Below are positions 1-14,096 of a stretch of 64,000 nucleotides of DNA, piece by piece (position 1 is the first letter of the stretch; every line of letters begins with the position of its first letter). Below the pieces are notes generated by a model, which had not been told where the DNA came from, searched no databases, and saw only the letters and a program-made list of their open reading frames with translations. The translations under genes were made by a program, and so were the position numbers. Source of the DNA: the human T2T-CHM13v2.0 reference genome, Homo sapiens; the NCBI RefSeq assembly GCF_009914755.1, contig NC_060928.1; one strand, given 5' to 3'.

Positions 1-319
1 TCTTCCTACTGTAAGTGAAAATGACATTAGGTCTTCTGAATCAGAACACATATAACCTTTGTTTTGTTTGTTTCTCTTTTTTCTTTAGAATATTTCATTT
101 CAAAATTAATTTGTCAATTTTAAAGCAATGAAATGGGCCTACATAATGCTGCATTCTTTCTTACAATAAACAATTTAAAGTTAATTGATCTTTTAAAAAA
201 TCTAATTTAGGCACAATCTCTTGGAATTACTAGGAGATATAATAAATAGAAATACAAATAAGAATTTGTCTTTTTGAATTTGTGGTTTTTTTTGTAGACT
301 TACAATCTAATTTCTTTTT

Positions 320-414
320 TCTTTTTTTAGAAAGATGAGGTCTCTCTATGTTGCCCAGGATGGTTTCAACCTTCTGGGCTCAAGCAACGCTCCCAAACAG
401 CTGAAACTAAAGGT
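320..414 (-). mobile_element. Alu monomer (FLAM-like) fragment
   Basis: T-rich tail then gaggtctctctatgttgcccagga..ctgggctcaagc; exact 14-bp TSD tctaatttcttttt at 306-319 and 415-428. Confidence 0.8.
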
Positions 415-1933
415 TCTAATTTCTTTTTGACGGCAATATTGCCTTCTGTACTTACCTCTCCTCCATTTCAATCCTCACCATCAGCTCTACTTTTAGAAAT
501 GCAAACAGCTTTACAGCAACTAATATAAAGCTAGGTACTCAGTGGACACTCCATAATATTTGTTGATGATTATAAATTTGTCTTGACCAGATTGCTCAGA
601 TAATTGCTTTAAATCTCCTGTGGCAGTCAAGTTACACTGTGTGAAATTTGGCATGTCAATTAGAAACATCCTCAGATTTGCATATAGGCAGATGATGCTT
701 TCATCAAATTAATTTAGGTCCTTCTATAAAAGACCATGACAATATTTTGAGATCCAAAATGAATCCAGTACTAAGGACTAAAGTATTTCAATATGTTAGT
801 GATCCTAACTATGCCATAAGCCCTTATTATGTTACATCTGTATCTGGAGTACTTTAAATATTTTCATATTTGAGAATATTAAATCAATAAATTTATGATT
901 CCATCTGTCAGGTCTACAAGGCCTAAAATAACCTTCTAACTTCTACCAGTTATTTTATCAAAAATAGACTACCAAAGTTGGTCTATATTAATGAGATAAG
1001 TGAGTACAAAGTGTAAAGTCATACACAATTCAGTTTTCCTTCAGTGAATTTTGTTCATTCTTTAAACATATACATTATATATTTACTTTAAGATACTCCA
1101 TATCTTCTGGGGATTTTTGTAGCAAATAATATAATCTGTGACATTAGGCTTTCTTATTCCTCTTAGAGACATGTTTACAATCTCTGTTCTGTTTTCCTTT
1201 TTTTGAAAACCCAAAGAGGATATTCAAGAAGGTGTAATTGCACTTTTGAAAAGCCAAGGAAACAACTGGGTATAAAGGTAATAAAATAAACATTTAAAAA
1301 ACATGACTATGTCCAGACTCTCTTGATTTCACTTGCTCTTTTATTATTGTCAAACTGTCAAATATGGGATAATTTTACAAACCTTTATTAATGCTCATAG
1401 AGTGCCGTTAATCGAAATCTATTTTTTTCCCTAAGAATCCTTCAGATGTCTCCACTACCTAACTCCAAAAATTACAAGTAATTTCATGAGTTTTATTTCT
1501 CTTCTTTATTGGTTTTCTGTTGGTAAATGAGGGACTGGAGGAAGGCCACCTCGGAGATATACTTTTCCCGAGAGAACAAACCTTCTCTAGAGGTCAAATT
1601 AATTCTGTTATCAAAGCAGCCCAGCCACTGAGCAGGAATATCTGTACACTGAAACCTCACAGATTCTAAGAGGGCCATTTCAGAAGTCTAGTCACACTGA
1701 AATCATTCCTCATTCTGTCCTGAATGCAAAGGAGTACAGACCAGATCTGCATTATCCACTGGAGTGCACTCAGAGAGCCAGAATGTGCTGCTTCTGAATG
1801 AACTCATGTTTGTGCAGTACTGCATGCATTGTAAATATCAAAATATATTTGAGTATGTAAACTACCATAGAATTTGTCTGTTTATATAGCTAGCATTAAT
1901 AGATTCCATGATTACATTTCCCAAAAAAACTTC

Positions 1934-1995
1934 ATATATAGATATATCTATATATGTATGTGTATATATATATATGTATATGAAATATATATATT
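1934..1995. repeat. TA-rich simple repeat
   Basis: Interrupted (TA)n/TATG run. Confidence 0.8.
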
Positions 1996-3044
1996 TCAAT
2001 CTGTATTGCCTGTGTCAAAAATTTGAAAACCTTTATCTGGAAACTGGGGAAAAATATTTTCTTTATCTGACATTGCCTTTATTTGAAAGTTACTTGTTTT
2101 TAAAATATTTTTATTCTTCACTTTTTTTCTGATCTCTCTCTTTAAAAGGAAATTACTAATCTTTGTAGAATTGCAATAATGTTTAGTTTTACTGAAAAGT
2201 ATTAAAACAACATCATATTAGCTGTATTTTAATCTTATATCATTGCAAACATCGGACTACTTTGATCTCTGTTTTTATTTCTATCATTCTGGTTGAGAGG
2301 GATATGTTCTAACTTTCTTGTAATTTTCTTATGAACATTCAAGGAATATCTTTCATTTGCTCTGCATTTCTCCATTAGATGCTGACTCAATTACCTGTGT
2401 CTTCCTACAGTTGTTTTTAGTTTTTGTTCATTGTAGATATAAAATCTAACAATGACATAATTCTATTTCTTTTGTAACATCCTAAAGGAAGTACTGGTCA
2501 CAGCTCCACAGTCTCTTAAAAATATTAAGAGTAAATTAAAATAAAATGAAATGATACATTCATTTTATTCTACCCGTTGGTTCTTTCTGAAGCTATTACT
2601 CATCAGATATTTAATTCATGTTCATTATATGCAGCAGTTAAAGGTGATGGACTCTGGAAATGAACAAATTAGGAGTAGAGATTGCCCCCAAAACATATGG
2701 ACATACTTTATTTATAAAATTAAAGGACTTATGTCCATTTTTATGCATTAGGTTCACAGAGTGAAGAGACCCGAGATCTGCCACTAATTGGATTTGTGTT
2801 TCCAGACCTTAGTATCCTCTCTAAAATGAGAGAATTGACTGGAGCATAAAGTCCATTTGCACAAGTTAATTTTTTCTATTCCTGTTATCAATATCATCCA
2901 TCCACATTCTCCTTGATACTTATCTACATAGAATTTACAAAACTCATCAAAATAATTCTTAAATTAAGAATACCAATACATCATTATAGTACATATGTTT
3001 TAATGTATTTCTTGTACTAAATTACTTCTATGATTGACAGCAAA

Positions 3045-3530
3045 ATGCTCTGTCACCAAATGCTGTCAATTCTCCCTCAAACATGTCTCTCAAATTCAGC
3101 CTTTCCTCTAAACCAACTGTCACTGCCTAGGTCTAGGTCGTCATCATTTCTCCCTTGGACTATTACAATAATAGCCTCATAACTCTCTTAACTGACTCCC
3201 CGTTCCTCCTTTACTCTAGCTCATCCCCCATATAACTGTCACAGTTATCTTTCTAAAAGTAAAATGGCTCATGCCACCTAGCTGCTGAAGAACTTTATTA
3301 TATACAATATAAACTTCAAATTCTATACATTAGCACAATCTTCCCTTAACCTATTTGCCCGTTCTCATTTTATGTTCACACCTTTCCCTCTCAGCTCCCA
3401 ACTTAACTGCTCGTAGTGAACTAACCTTTGAATTTTCTTGATGTTCTATCCCTTTTGGCAACCCTCTGCCTTACTTGTGCCTGTATATGGTAGAGAATAA
3501 CTACTGTTTGATTGAACAAATAAATACATT
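3045..3530 (+). mobile_element. L2 3' fragment
   Basis: catcatttctcccttggactattacaataatagcctcataact resembles the L2 consensus; L2-type 3' end (ttgattgaacaaataaat) near 3510. Confidence 0.65.
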
Positions 3531-5453
3531 AACATGCTGTTGTTTTCACTTGGTGTATGTATCCTTTAACAGAGTATGTATTACACTGTTTTCTCTCTCA
3601 ATTTTCCCCAGCAAAAGAGGTTATTTTCTGTGCTTTCACAATATTTATACATTATCTTCAATGGTACTGTTTAGCATATATTGTTATTTATCTGTTTATG
3701 TACAAATCAGAAATTGCTATGGCAGATAGAATATTTTATTACTACTTTTTATTTTCACCACTTGCGAGCACAGGAAGAACTCAATAAATGTGGTTGAATC
3801 AGTAAATATATATAAATACTATAATAAATACTTTATCACATTATAACTCACACAGTAGTTTCCCATTTATAAGAAAATATAATAAATGGCTATTTCAAAT
3901 ATGGAATTAAAATATTTAATTTAAGGACCTTATTCTATAATGACTAATCTATTATAAAGGACAAATAGAATCAGTGCCTGCATGATATGAGAAAAAATAA
4001 ATGCATGTAAATGTCTGTAAGAAACTTGTATTAAAGTAGGTCAAAACTGATTATTCTGATAATTACAGCATCAAAGTTTTCCCAGCGTTAACACTTAAGA
4101 TTATCTACATAAATTTAAAATATATTTATAAAAATGTGTATTTACTTAATAAGTTTAAAAATTATAAAATTTTGACATTAGACCATTATTTTAAATAGAA
4201 TAAAGGTAGGATATATTTTTTCTAGACAAGATTTAAAATTAAAGTAGCCACATCCAACATGAAATTTATCAAAATGGAATTATTTATAAAATTATTCGAG
4301 TTCATGGTTTTGAAGATGTCTTGTGTTTTAACAAAAGCTTTAGTAACTAATTCTCAATTTTACTATCTATGGCCATTTAAAAGAAATTTATCATGGTACC
4401 TCAATAGGTCACGAGTTCCTTTATAACTTATACTTAAATTATTCTTTAATTCAGAATGAAAAGTCTTTTTGAAATTATGAGTTTTACCCAAAAGAAAAAA
4501 AGGACATTTGACTAACGTTGTTTATATTAATAGTTCCTTAGCTTCTGCGTCTTGTGGCCATGAAATCATACAAATGTCAGAAATCGTATTTTACAGAGTA
4601 TTTTATATAATAAAGAGTTTTATTACTTAAAAAGTCAACAAATCTTAACCTTTTAAAAAATATCCTGATATGATTTGTGGATTAAGTTTTTGTTAAAGAT
4701 TACTATATATTTGGCTTTAAAGTCAAATTATTCATGCATAGCAAACTGAATGAGTCTAATAGTAGCAGCACTTTTTTAATGATTTGGGGTGTGTATGGTT
4801 TTGTTCTGCACATATTGTTACCAAGTTCAATAAGTGTTAGTAAAAATGAAAAAGAAAAATTATAGTTAATAATCTTCTGCTCACTGAATGTAATAAGCCT
4901 TTGGTGAGGGCTATGCTACATGCTGTGAGGATGACCCTCAAGTAGCTTTCAGCACAGAAAGTGAATGAAAAATAAATGTAATGCAGAGACATCAAACCAC
5001 ATTTTAATAAGGATTCAAATGAGAGATTATATCTAATTGGAGAGAAAGAAAGAGTTTCAGAATTAGGGGGCAAAGAAAGACCTACGAGATAAAAAGATTT
5101 CTTGAAATAAATGTGAAGAAAGAGATCATGCTAAATATAAGTAGCAGGATTAATGAGAACATGGAATGCAAATGTCTTCTTAAAGTGCCTACACTGATAT
5201 AGTTTACCTACGCAGTCACTAAAGGGAAGAATTTTAAAAATCAGTGTTTTCAGTAACACTGGCTCATGCAAAGGGTATGTTCAGTTATCTAATCAAAGAT
5301 ATATCAAAAATGACCGTAGAACATAGGACAGGATTTCAGTTTCTTTCATTGCCTGTAAGAAAGTGAATAAGAGACATCTTCATGTATTGGTTTAGTTTGA
5401 TAATGAAGTCCTTACATTTGGAATTCCTGTTGATGCTTGAATTTCTCACACTA

Positions 5454-5739
5454 CATTAGTACCCCCTTATTCACAAAGAATATATTCCAAGATGGGGATG
5501 CCTAAAACTGTGGATACTACAAAACCCTGTATACACTATACACACATACACGTAATTTTAATTTATAAATTATACACAATAATATACTAACACCAATAAC
5601 TAATAAAATTGAACAATTATAAAAATATAATTAGTTACTTAAAATGTATATATTGTTTGCTTTTGAAATATTTTGTTTAATATTTTAGGACAACAGTTGA
5701 CCCATGTAAGTGAAATCATTAATAAGGGGAGAACTGCTG
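5454..5739 (-). mobile_element. MER44-type (TcMar-Tigger) non-autonomous DNA transposon
   Basis: Degenerate TIRs cattagtacccccttat / ataaggggagaactgctg; internal ttccaagatggggatgcctaaaactgtggatac matches the MER44 reverse complement. Confidence 0.7.
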
Positions 5740-6089
5740 TTAAGTATTTGATAAGCAATCTGTTCCCTGGGGCAATTAGGTTGGATGGCATTGTATCACA
5801 ATTTACTCATCTTTTATGGTATTGACTTCCTTTTCAAAACCAATATTGGAGGTATTGTTGGAGATGTTGTTCACTCTATTTTTGGGAGAGGAGAGGACTT
5901 CTTGGTAAAGAAGACAAAGGAAGTCAAGGTAATAAGGCAGGAGGAATGGAGAAATCATTTTAGTTCCTTTTCCACTTTGCCTTTAGAAACCGGATACAAG
6001 AAAAATGTGAGAAAGCAAGTAATAAATATTAGTAATAATAATAGGTGTCAGCAATTAGTTATGTGTCATCTCTCTCTCCCTCCGGTATG

Positions 6090-6470
6090 TTAGAAGAATA
6101 AGAAAGAATTCTCTAATAGACACAACAGTTCAATTAAGACATGGATGGCTTTGAGAACTATGGAGGTTTAATTCTCTGAAATGTGCAGTCAGAGGCTCAA
6201 TAACCACATGGTAAGGATGATATGGGAGGAAGTCAAGCATTAGTTAGGTGGGCTTCATGTGTATGAACTGGCCGGTCTCAGAAGACCCCATCCTCAGAAA
6301 GGTCCTATGATTAGTTTCATGCTTTGCAGTCACTGCCTTGAATTTTTAGGGCAAGAAACTTCACTTTCATTTACAGGGGGGCATAGAAATTCTGCAGCCC
6401 AGTGCAGAGTATCAGACCACTAATATGACTAGTAGACACTTAAATATCCTTTTGATGCTGAATTCCTTTG
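6090..6470 (+). mobile_element. L3/CR1 3' fragment interrupted by MER91A
   Basis: aagaattctctaatag..cagaggctcaataaccac..gcattagttaggtggg resembles the CR1 3' end and resumes near 6430. Confidence 0.5.
6246..6404 (+). mobile_element. MER91A-like hAT DNA transposon
   Basis: ggcttcatgtgtatgaac..ctcagaaaggtcc..gccttgaattt..aaattctgcagccc aligns with the remembered MER91A consensus. Confidence 0.6.
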
Positions 6471-7585
6471 CTACTTGGTGTTTATTTGGCAATCTAGAGT
6501 GAGAAACAGCCTTTGAATAATAATTTTAAATGAGATCTTATAGGGATTAGCAGCAAGAAATATGAAAAGATAATTAAATCAACCTGTGCTTATCGAGTTA
6601 ATTATATTAACTAAATAGAGGAGTGTGACTTGGGCAAATAGGATAGTCCTAAATTCTTACATTAGAGTTAAAGACATAAATGAGATTGTTGTGGAGGAAA
6701 CTAGGCAGAATAGCCAATTCATTACTGCTATGACATCAGTATAAATTGAAACATCCAAATAGGCAATTGATGATTCTAATTGTAATAACAATACAGCACA
6801 TTATGGCATAGGTGAAGCAAGCAATTACTTGTGCAAATGCTGGAGGCGAGGTAGGCTGTTAGCCATGTACATGGCCCACCTGAAACAGTTAATTGTATTA
6901 GCTGTTGCTTTTTTATCTTATCAAAATTGGAACTTTTAATCTACCGCTAAATCAAATGTTTCAAAAATCTCATTTATGTATAATAAGGTATCTTAAAAGT
7001 TCAGTAAAATAAGTTACATTTTTCACTTGTTTTTCTCACATATCTTCAGCACAAATCTAAAGATCTCTGAAAGAGAAAACACTGACACAAATATTGTCTC
7101 GATCTTCCTCCTTCGATGTCTCAAATATTCTCCACTGTGGGTGTGAGGAGTTTATTTCCCCCCCGACCCTTCTAAAATCCCCATTTGTAATACAGTGAAA
7201 TCTGGAAGGCCCATATGGCTCAATGCAATTTTCTCATAGAAAATTCCTGCTAATAACAATTTCTATTGAGTCCTTTGGTGAAATGCAAAGCTCCTTTATC
7301 ATCAGAGGTTTAGAAACATGAATCAAAAGACGGGAGCCAAGCCATTTAAGGACTGAGGAGGATTCTACACAAATACCTTGATTTTCAGCTTTGAATTTAA
7401 ACTTTTAGTTTAAATGAAGTTGCAGGACACATTTATAGCTCAAATAAAAATAATTGAATACTTATTTGTATTTGAGATGTTATGTCTCATTAAATATGTG
7501 AAGATTAAAAAAATTCGGCTTTAAGGAAGGTGTTAATATAGTCAACACATTTTTTTTTTAATGAGTAATTGTGAAATTGACTTAC

Positions 7586-7630
7586 TGTGTTTGGGTTCTA
7601 CAGAGAAACAGAACTAACAGGATCTATGTG

Positions 7631-7688
<58 letters not shown>

Positions 7689-8045
7689 GGGATTGATTCA
7701 GGTAATGATTGTGGAAGCTTTGTAAGGCCAAAATCTCCCTTGAAGGCAACAGGGTAGGCTGCAGGCTGGAGACCCAGGGAAGAGTCAGAGTTCAAGTCCA
7801 AAAGCAGTCTGATGGCAGAAGTCCTTCTTTCTCAGGGGAGGTCAATCTTTTTCTATTAAGGCCTTAAATTGATTGGATGAGGCCCACCCTCCTTATGGAG
7901 GCTAAACTGCTTTACTGAAAGTTTGACAGTTTAAATACTAATCTCATCCAAAAAAATCCCTTAACAGAAACATCCAGAGTAATGTTTGATCAAACATCTG
8001 GGCACTGTGGCCCAGCTAAGTTGATACACAAAATTAACTATCGTA
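7586..8045 (-). mobile_element. MLT2-family (ERVL) solo LTR
   Basis: agagaaacagaactaacagga..ctgggcactgtggcccagctaagttgatacacaaaattaac is the MLT2 reverse complement; near-TSD cttac/ctttc. Confidence 0.85.
7639..7686. repeat. (TG)24 microsatellite inside MLT2
   Basis: Pure TG run. Confidence 0.95.
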
Positions 8046-10609
8046 CTTTCTTAGAGTTGTGGCTGGCACAAGTATTTAAATGGAATTAATATATATATAC
8101 ACATATATATATTCAAAATAAGTCAAGTCACAGCATGCATAACAATATACATATAGCAGCAGCTACATTTCTGCATAATTTACCTTCTTAGAGAACTAGA
8201 TGGAGAAAATCAACAGTAATTTCTCAACTCAAAAAACGCTTTAAATTAAAGAAAAAAGTCATGTGACTGCTCCAATTCCTTTCTTTAAATTTTCTCTGAA
8301 GAAAAAAACTGATTGTTCAGATTCTGCTTTTTTGTGCCATGAAGTGAGTGCTTTTATTTCAAGAATAAGTGGGCTCATTTAACCAAGGAAAGAGAATGCA
8401 GAATTGAAGAAGAAAAAAATAAATAAACACATATCTCATTATACCAGAAAAAGAACAAATTATGTATCATTTAATAGGACACAGCCTGTAAAAAGTAACA
8501 TTAAAGAATATTTAATGGTACATGTAATTGAACAAATATCAGACAAAATAACTTGAGTCCCAATTGATGAGTGTTGAATAAAATATTGTCTTTATCTAAT
8601 GGTAAGAAATAGTCTTCTCGTTAAATAGCCTAAGGAAAACGTCAATGACTGCGCCTGGATTATGGAAGTGCAGTGGCCTATAGATGAGGGCCTGAGTCTT
8701 GACTCTCAATGGATAAATGCATGCAGGCTGTCTCCAGTAATTTAAATTTTTGAAAGAAACAGAAATATTATCCCCAAACACCTCACTTAACTGGTAAAGA
8801 CAGGAAAGGAGCCATTAAATTTTGCTTCAAATACAAAATCATTTGATGTATGTTTTTTCAATCTAAACATATCTTAATTTAGAAGAATTACCTGATCACT
8901 ACTAAAAAATAAAAATTCTAAGAAGAGTGTTATGGGGACTAAAGTGAAGGTGATTTGAATAACATTTTAGAATGCTCGTGCTAAGTGTATCTAAAAACAC
9001 CAAAGTTTGCAATTTGAAAGCTCTGTGTTGCTGACAATAGAACTAGGTCTGCAGATAGAGATTAAAACAAAAAATGTTTCCCTATTAGAAAAGAGTCTTT
9101 GGTCAAATAATACAATAATCGGTTTACTAAAGCTAAGGAAATATTCCTAGATGCATCTCTATTTAAATTTCATGCAGCATAAACCATATCCAACTGTTTC
9201 TCTCTTTCATCTAAGAAGATACGTTCCAGATCAAAATGTTGACCTGCATAAGTAAATTCATTCTAGATTTATGCTGAAGCTTGGATTTACCCAGAGCAAT
9301 TCATTTGAAAGACAAAACCTGAAGCATGGAGAATTACATAAGAAAATGCTTAACCGTTCAGGGTCTAAGATGTGTTATTGGAATGTGCTATTTGAGCTCT
9401 TGATTTTACTATGCTTAACTAGTTGTGAGCTGGCAGTTTACTTCACCACTTTGGGTTACTGTTGCTAGTTTCTTATAAAGTTAAGGCCTTGTATAAATCA
9501 TCTCCAAAGTTCTGTAATTTATAAAAGATGACAAAAATCATGAGAGATTTTTGAGGTTCAAAACGCATTTTAATTCTAAGGAAGAGGGGTGTCAAGAAAC
9601 TAAAATCATTCACGTTTGCCCAGAAGTTTTGTTCCCCAGTAGATTTGTGTCAAAAGAAAAGATTTATAAATATATGCACACCGATGTACTTTCACCAAAA
9701 GTGCTGTAATGTTTCATTTCTGAGAGGGACACAGGATGATGAAACAATTTGTTACTCTTTATAGCTTTTATATTAAAATAAAAATTATTAAAAAAAGGTC
9801 TACATATAGATTAGGCATTTGATATGAAACTGTGAAGTATGATTAAAGAGACAAATTCTGTTATGTGACATACAACTTGAATTTCTCTTTAAACATCAAA
9901 CTCAGTGTTTCTGTTTACTGAAGGAAAGCCCTAAAGTTCCTCAATCAATGAAAAATATGTAAATCAAAGTGCATGATCTATTTTGAAGGGTTTTTGCTTG
10001 GATCTGAAAAACATCCTGCTGCTTTTTTTAATGAGAAGAGAATTGTGTGTTTTTTTCTTCTCCTTTTTAAAATGGAGGATTTAACTCTACAGGGTTCCCT
10101 GTAGAAAATGATATATTTTATGAACTCTGTATAATTCCATGTATGTGCTCAGCTGGAATAGGTTTAATTTCTATTGTTGCTGTGTAGGAGGTAGGACTTG
10201 AAGAGTGAGAAATGAAGCAGAAGGCAGTTTATTGTGAAATTGATGCTTAGTAGTGTAGTGATTCAGAGTGTAGCATGTGTGAGAATCACTGACTTACTGA
10301 CCCATAATATATTTATTGGCAGACCTTCATGCTACTTGCACACAAATCAAGGAGAGAAGATGGTGATCTTACTCTATATTAGAAAAAAATAATATTAAAG
10401 GCAAAAAATGCCTAATTGGAATTTGGGATCCTTTGAGAATTATGTGTATATAACATTAGAAAAAGAAACATATACACACACATATACACATAAATAAATT
10501 TTGACTATCATTGCATGAATTATTGTAATTTCAGATATTTTTCTCATTTATATGCAAGAAATATGCAAGATTCTTTTTACATGTTATCCAAAAACAATAG
10601 GAAATGATA

Positions 10610-10880
10610 CTTTTATTTATTTGTTTAATTATTTTAAATATGATTTACACATAATTGAATTCATAGATTTTAGGCTGTAAAGTTTGATGAATTTTGACAA
10701 ATGCATATATGTATGTAACCAATACCCAAATTAATATAAAGACTGCCACTTTTATCACCTCAAATTCTCTTTTGCTCTTTTCTAATTAATAATCCCCCTT
10801 GCCTAGGAAACTACTGTTCTAATTTCTATCACTGTAGCTTAGTTTTTACCTGTTCTACAACTTTATATAAATACAAACCT
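10610..10880 (-). mobile_element. Ancient L1 (L1MC/ME-type) 3' end
   Basis: gtttgatgaattttgacaaatgcatat..aactactgttctaatttctatcac is typical of old L1 3' UTR reverse complement. Confidence 0.7.
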
Positions 10881-11719
10881 GGACATTGCAAAAGACACAT
10901 TAAAAATGTTTATTTCTGTTAACGTCTTCATAAAGTGTTGTTTTGTTCAACCAAACAAATTATCAATAGTCTTGAACTTGCAGACTCTGCTTTGTTGAGT
11001 CTATTTCATTTGTGTCATTAATTTTTTCAGTCTTTTATTCTCAAAGAGTAGCCTTTTTGGTTGTTTGAAGACAAAGCCCAAGCTCTGTACCAATCCCCTC
11101 TAATTTAGTAGATGGGAAAACACTGTGTCTTCTCCATTAAGCAGCAGCTAAAACATCAGCTCTTCTCTTTCAACATTCTGTTTTCTCCCGCCCCTGGATT
11201 CCTGGAATTCTCATCCACACATGGATACTTCATTGCTCAGCTAAGATTTGAGGTGAGGTTATACACAGATTTTGGATTCCCGTTCTATTTCTTCCTCCTT
11301 TTCAGATCACACTCAGTTTCCAAATTGAGGACTATTGGTCCCAAACTTTTGAATCCTTCACACGGTATGATTATGGCTTTCTGCTTAAGTTCTATTTTCC
11401 CCACATGTGGACTGACATGTGCCCTTAGGAGAAAACTATGTCCTTGCATGAATGACACAGTTTGCACTGCTCCTTTAGCAGATACACTCATTTAGATTTC
11501 TCTTGCTGTTGTTTGCTTCCTAGTGCCTTTGAATAGTTCTTTTAGAAAACTGCCCAGAGTTTATAATGATTTACATTTGAGGAATTATGTCTATAAAAAC
11601 TATTCTACTCTTCTAGATCCAAAACTCAGGTCCTTTCATAATTTGAAATATTTATTGCTTAGAAGTGCTGTGCTAACACATGTTGTACCAAAGCCCCTAT
11701 CATATGCATTTGACTAGTC

Positions 11720-12982
11720 ATATATATATGCAATATATATATGCAATATGTATGCAAAATATATATATGCAATATATATGCAATATATATATGCTATATA
11801 TACGCTATGTATATATGCAATATATATACACACTATATATATGCAATATAAATACTATATATGCAATATATATACACACTATATATATGCAATATATATA
11901 CACAATATATATATGCAATATATATACACAATATATATATGCAATATATATACACAATATATATATGCAATATATATGCAATATATATGCAATATATATG
12001 CAATGTATATGCAATATATATGCAATATATATGCAATATATATGCAATGTATATGCAATATATATGCCATATATATGCAATGTATATGGTATATATATGC
12101 AATGTATATGGTATATATATGCAATATATATGACATATATATGCAATGTATATGCCATATATATGCAATATATATGGCATATATACGCAATGTATATGCC
12201 ATATATATGCAATATATATGCAATATATATATGCAATGTATATGCCATATATATGCAAAATATATGCAATATATATATGCAATATATATGCCATATATAT
12301 GCAATATATATGCAATATATATATGCAATATATATGCCATATATATGCAATATATATATGCAATATATATGCAATATATATATGCAATATATATGCAATA
12401 CATATGCAATATATATGTGCAATATATATGCAAAATATTTGCAATATATATGCAATATATGTGCAATATATATGCGCTATATATATGCAATATATATGCA
12501 ATATATACGCGCTATATATATGCAATATATATGCAATATATATATGCAATATATATGCGCTATATATATGCAATATATATGCAATATATATGCTATATAT
12601 ATGCAATATATATGCAATATAGATGCAATATATACATGCAATATAGATGCAATATATGTATGCAATATATATGCAATATATGTATGCAATATATATGCAA
12701 TATATGTATGCAATATATATGCAATATATGTGCTATATATATGCAATATATATGCTATATATGCAATATATATATGCTATATATATGCTATATATATGCA
12801 ATATATATATGCTACATATGCTATATATATGCAATATATATATGCTACATATATGCAATATATATGCTATATATATGCAATATATATGCTATATATATAT
12901 GCAATATATATGCTATAGATATGCAATATATATGCTATAGATATGCAATATATATGCTATATATATATATATATGCAATATA
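11720..12982. repeat. ~1.26-kb TA-rich VNTR, core ATATATATGCA (9-15-bp variant units)
   Basis: About 100 tandem (TA)n-TGCAA units with GCC/GCT/GGT/CAC variants. Confidence 0.97.
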
Positions 12983-13132
12983 AGCAAATAATTTATATTG
13001 GATTTCATGAAGTATCCTAATGAGACATTTGTAGGATAAGGATTTGTCAGATAATAGGGGATGGAGATTAGTTTTCAAATGTACATAGGAAGGCCTATGC
13101 AGTGGAAAAATCTTATTTCAAATAAGAAACTG

Positions 13133-13350
13133 CAGCCTGGACAACATGGCAAAACCCCCTCTCTACAAAACATACAAAAATTATCTGGGCACGATGGCTT
13201 GTACCTGTAATCTCAGCTACTCTGGAGGCTGAGGTAAGAGGCTTCCTTGAGCCCAGGAGGCGGAGCTTGCAGCAAGCTGAGATAATGCCACTGTACTCCA
13301 GCCTGGGTGAGAGAGAGACCTTGTTTGAAAAAAAAAAAAAGAAAAGAGAA
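13133..13350 (+). mobile_element. 5'-truncated AluJ
   Basis: cagcctggacaacatggc..ttgagcccaggagg..A tail. Confidence 0.9.
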
Positions 13351-13808
13351 GGAAAAGTAGGCCAGTGTGACTTGACTTGACTACAGTGAACAACAACAAC
13401 AACAACAAAATGACAGAAAAAAAAATAGGCAGGGACTCACCACTTAGGATTTTGTACTAATGCTTGTAAAAATACAATTGTATACCCAAGCCTATTGAAA
13501 GTTTTAATTAAGGGACTGACATACTGACTGCAGTTGAGAGTCACATACTTTTGTAAAATGTGGCAAATCATTGGATTATTTCAAGTGCAATTGATAAAAG
13601 ATTACAGGGAAACACGGAACTGGTAGAGAAGAAATTAACAGACTCAGATGCATTTTTTCAAAGAACAGTGAAAAAAAGGTGTTTTTAATTTTTAAAATGT
13701 TATTTTATTATTTAAAATCAATAGTAGCTCATAATACATTTGCAAAAAAATCCTGTTCAAGCACTTATTACATTTTTTTCTAATTTTTACATATAAATAT
13801 ATATATAA

Positions 13809-14096
<288 letters not shown>

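Noticed and set aside
450-460. Minus-strand donor GAG|GTAAGT, and plus-strand gtaagt at 11-16
   Set aside because: No convincing partner acceptor in view; isolated donors occur by chance
1493-1678. 61-aa ORF in a GC-richer unique patch
   Set aside because: No recognisable motif or splice framing; could be conserved non-coding sequence but unsupported
9170-9260. Minus-strand acceptor followed by QHFDLERIFLDEREKQLDMVYAA*
   Set aside because: Weak pyrimidine tract, no good donor or poly(A) signal, no recognised homology
11720-12982. Possible CRISPR-like or other spacer array (also 57047-57130 and 22557-22614)
   Set aside because: Head-to-tail tandem units with no unique spacers or cas genes, in primate genomic context
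11680-12983. 412-aa and 411-aa ORFs and overlapping ORFs on both strands (MQYICNIYAIY repeats)
   Set aside because: The repeat units almost never form stop codons, so most frames are open; these are low-complexity artefacts
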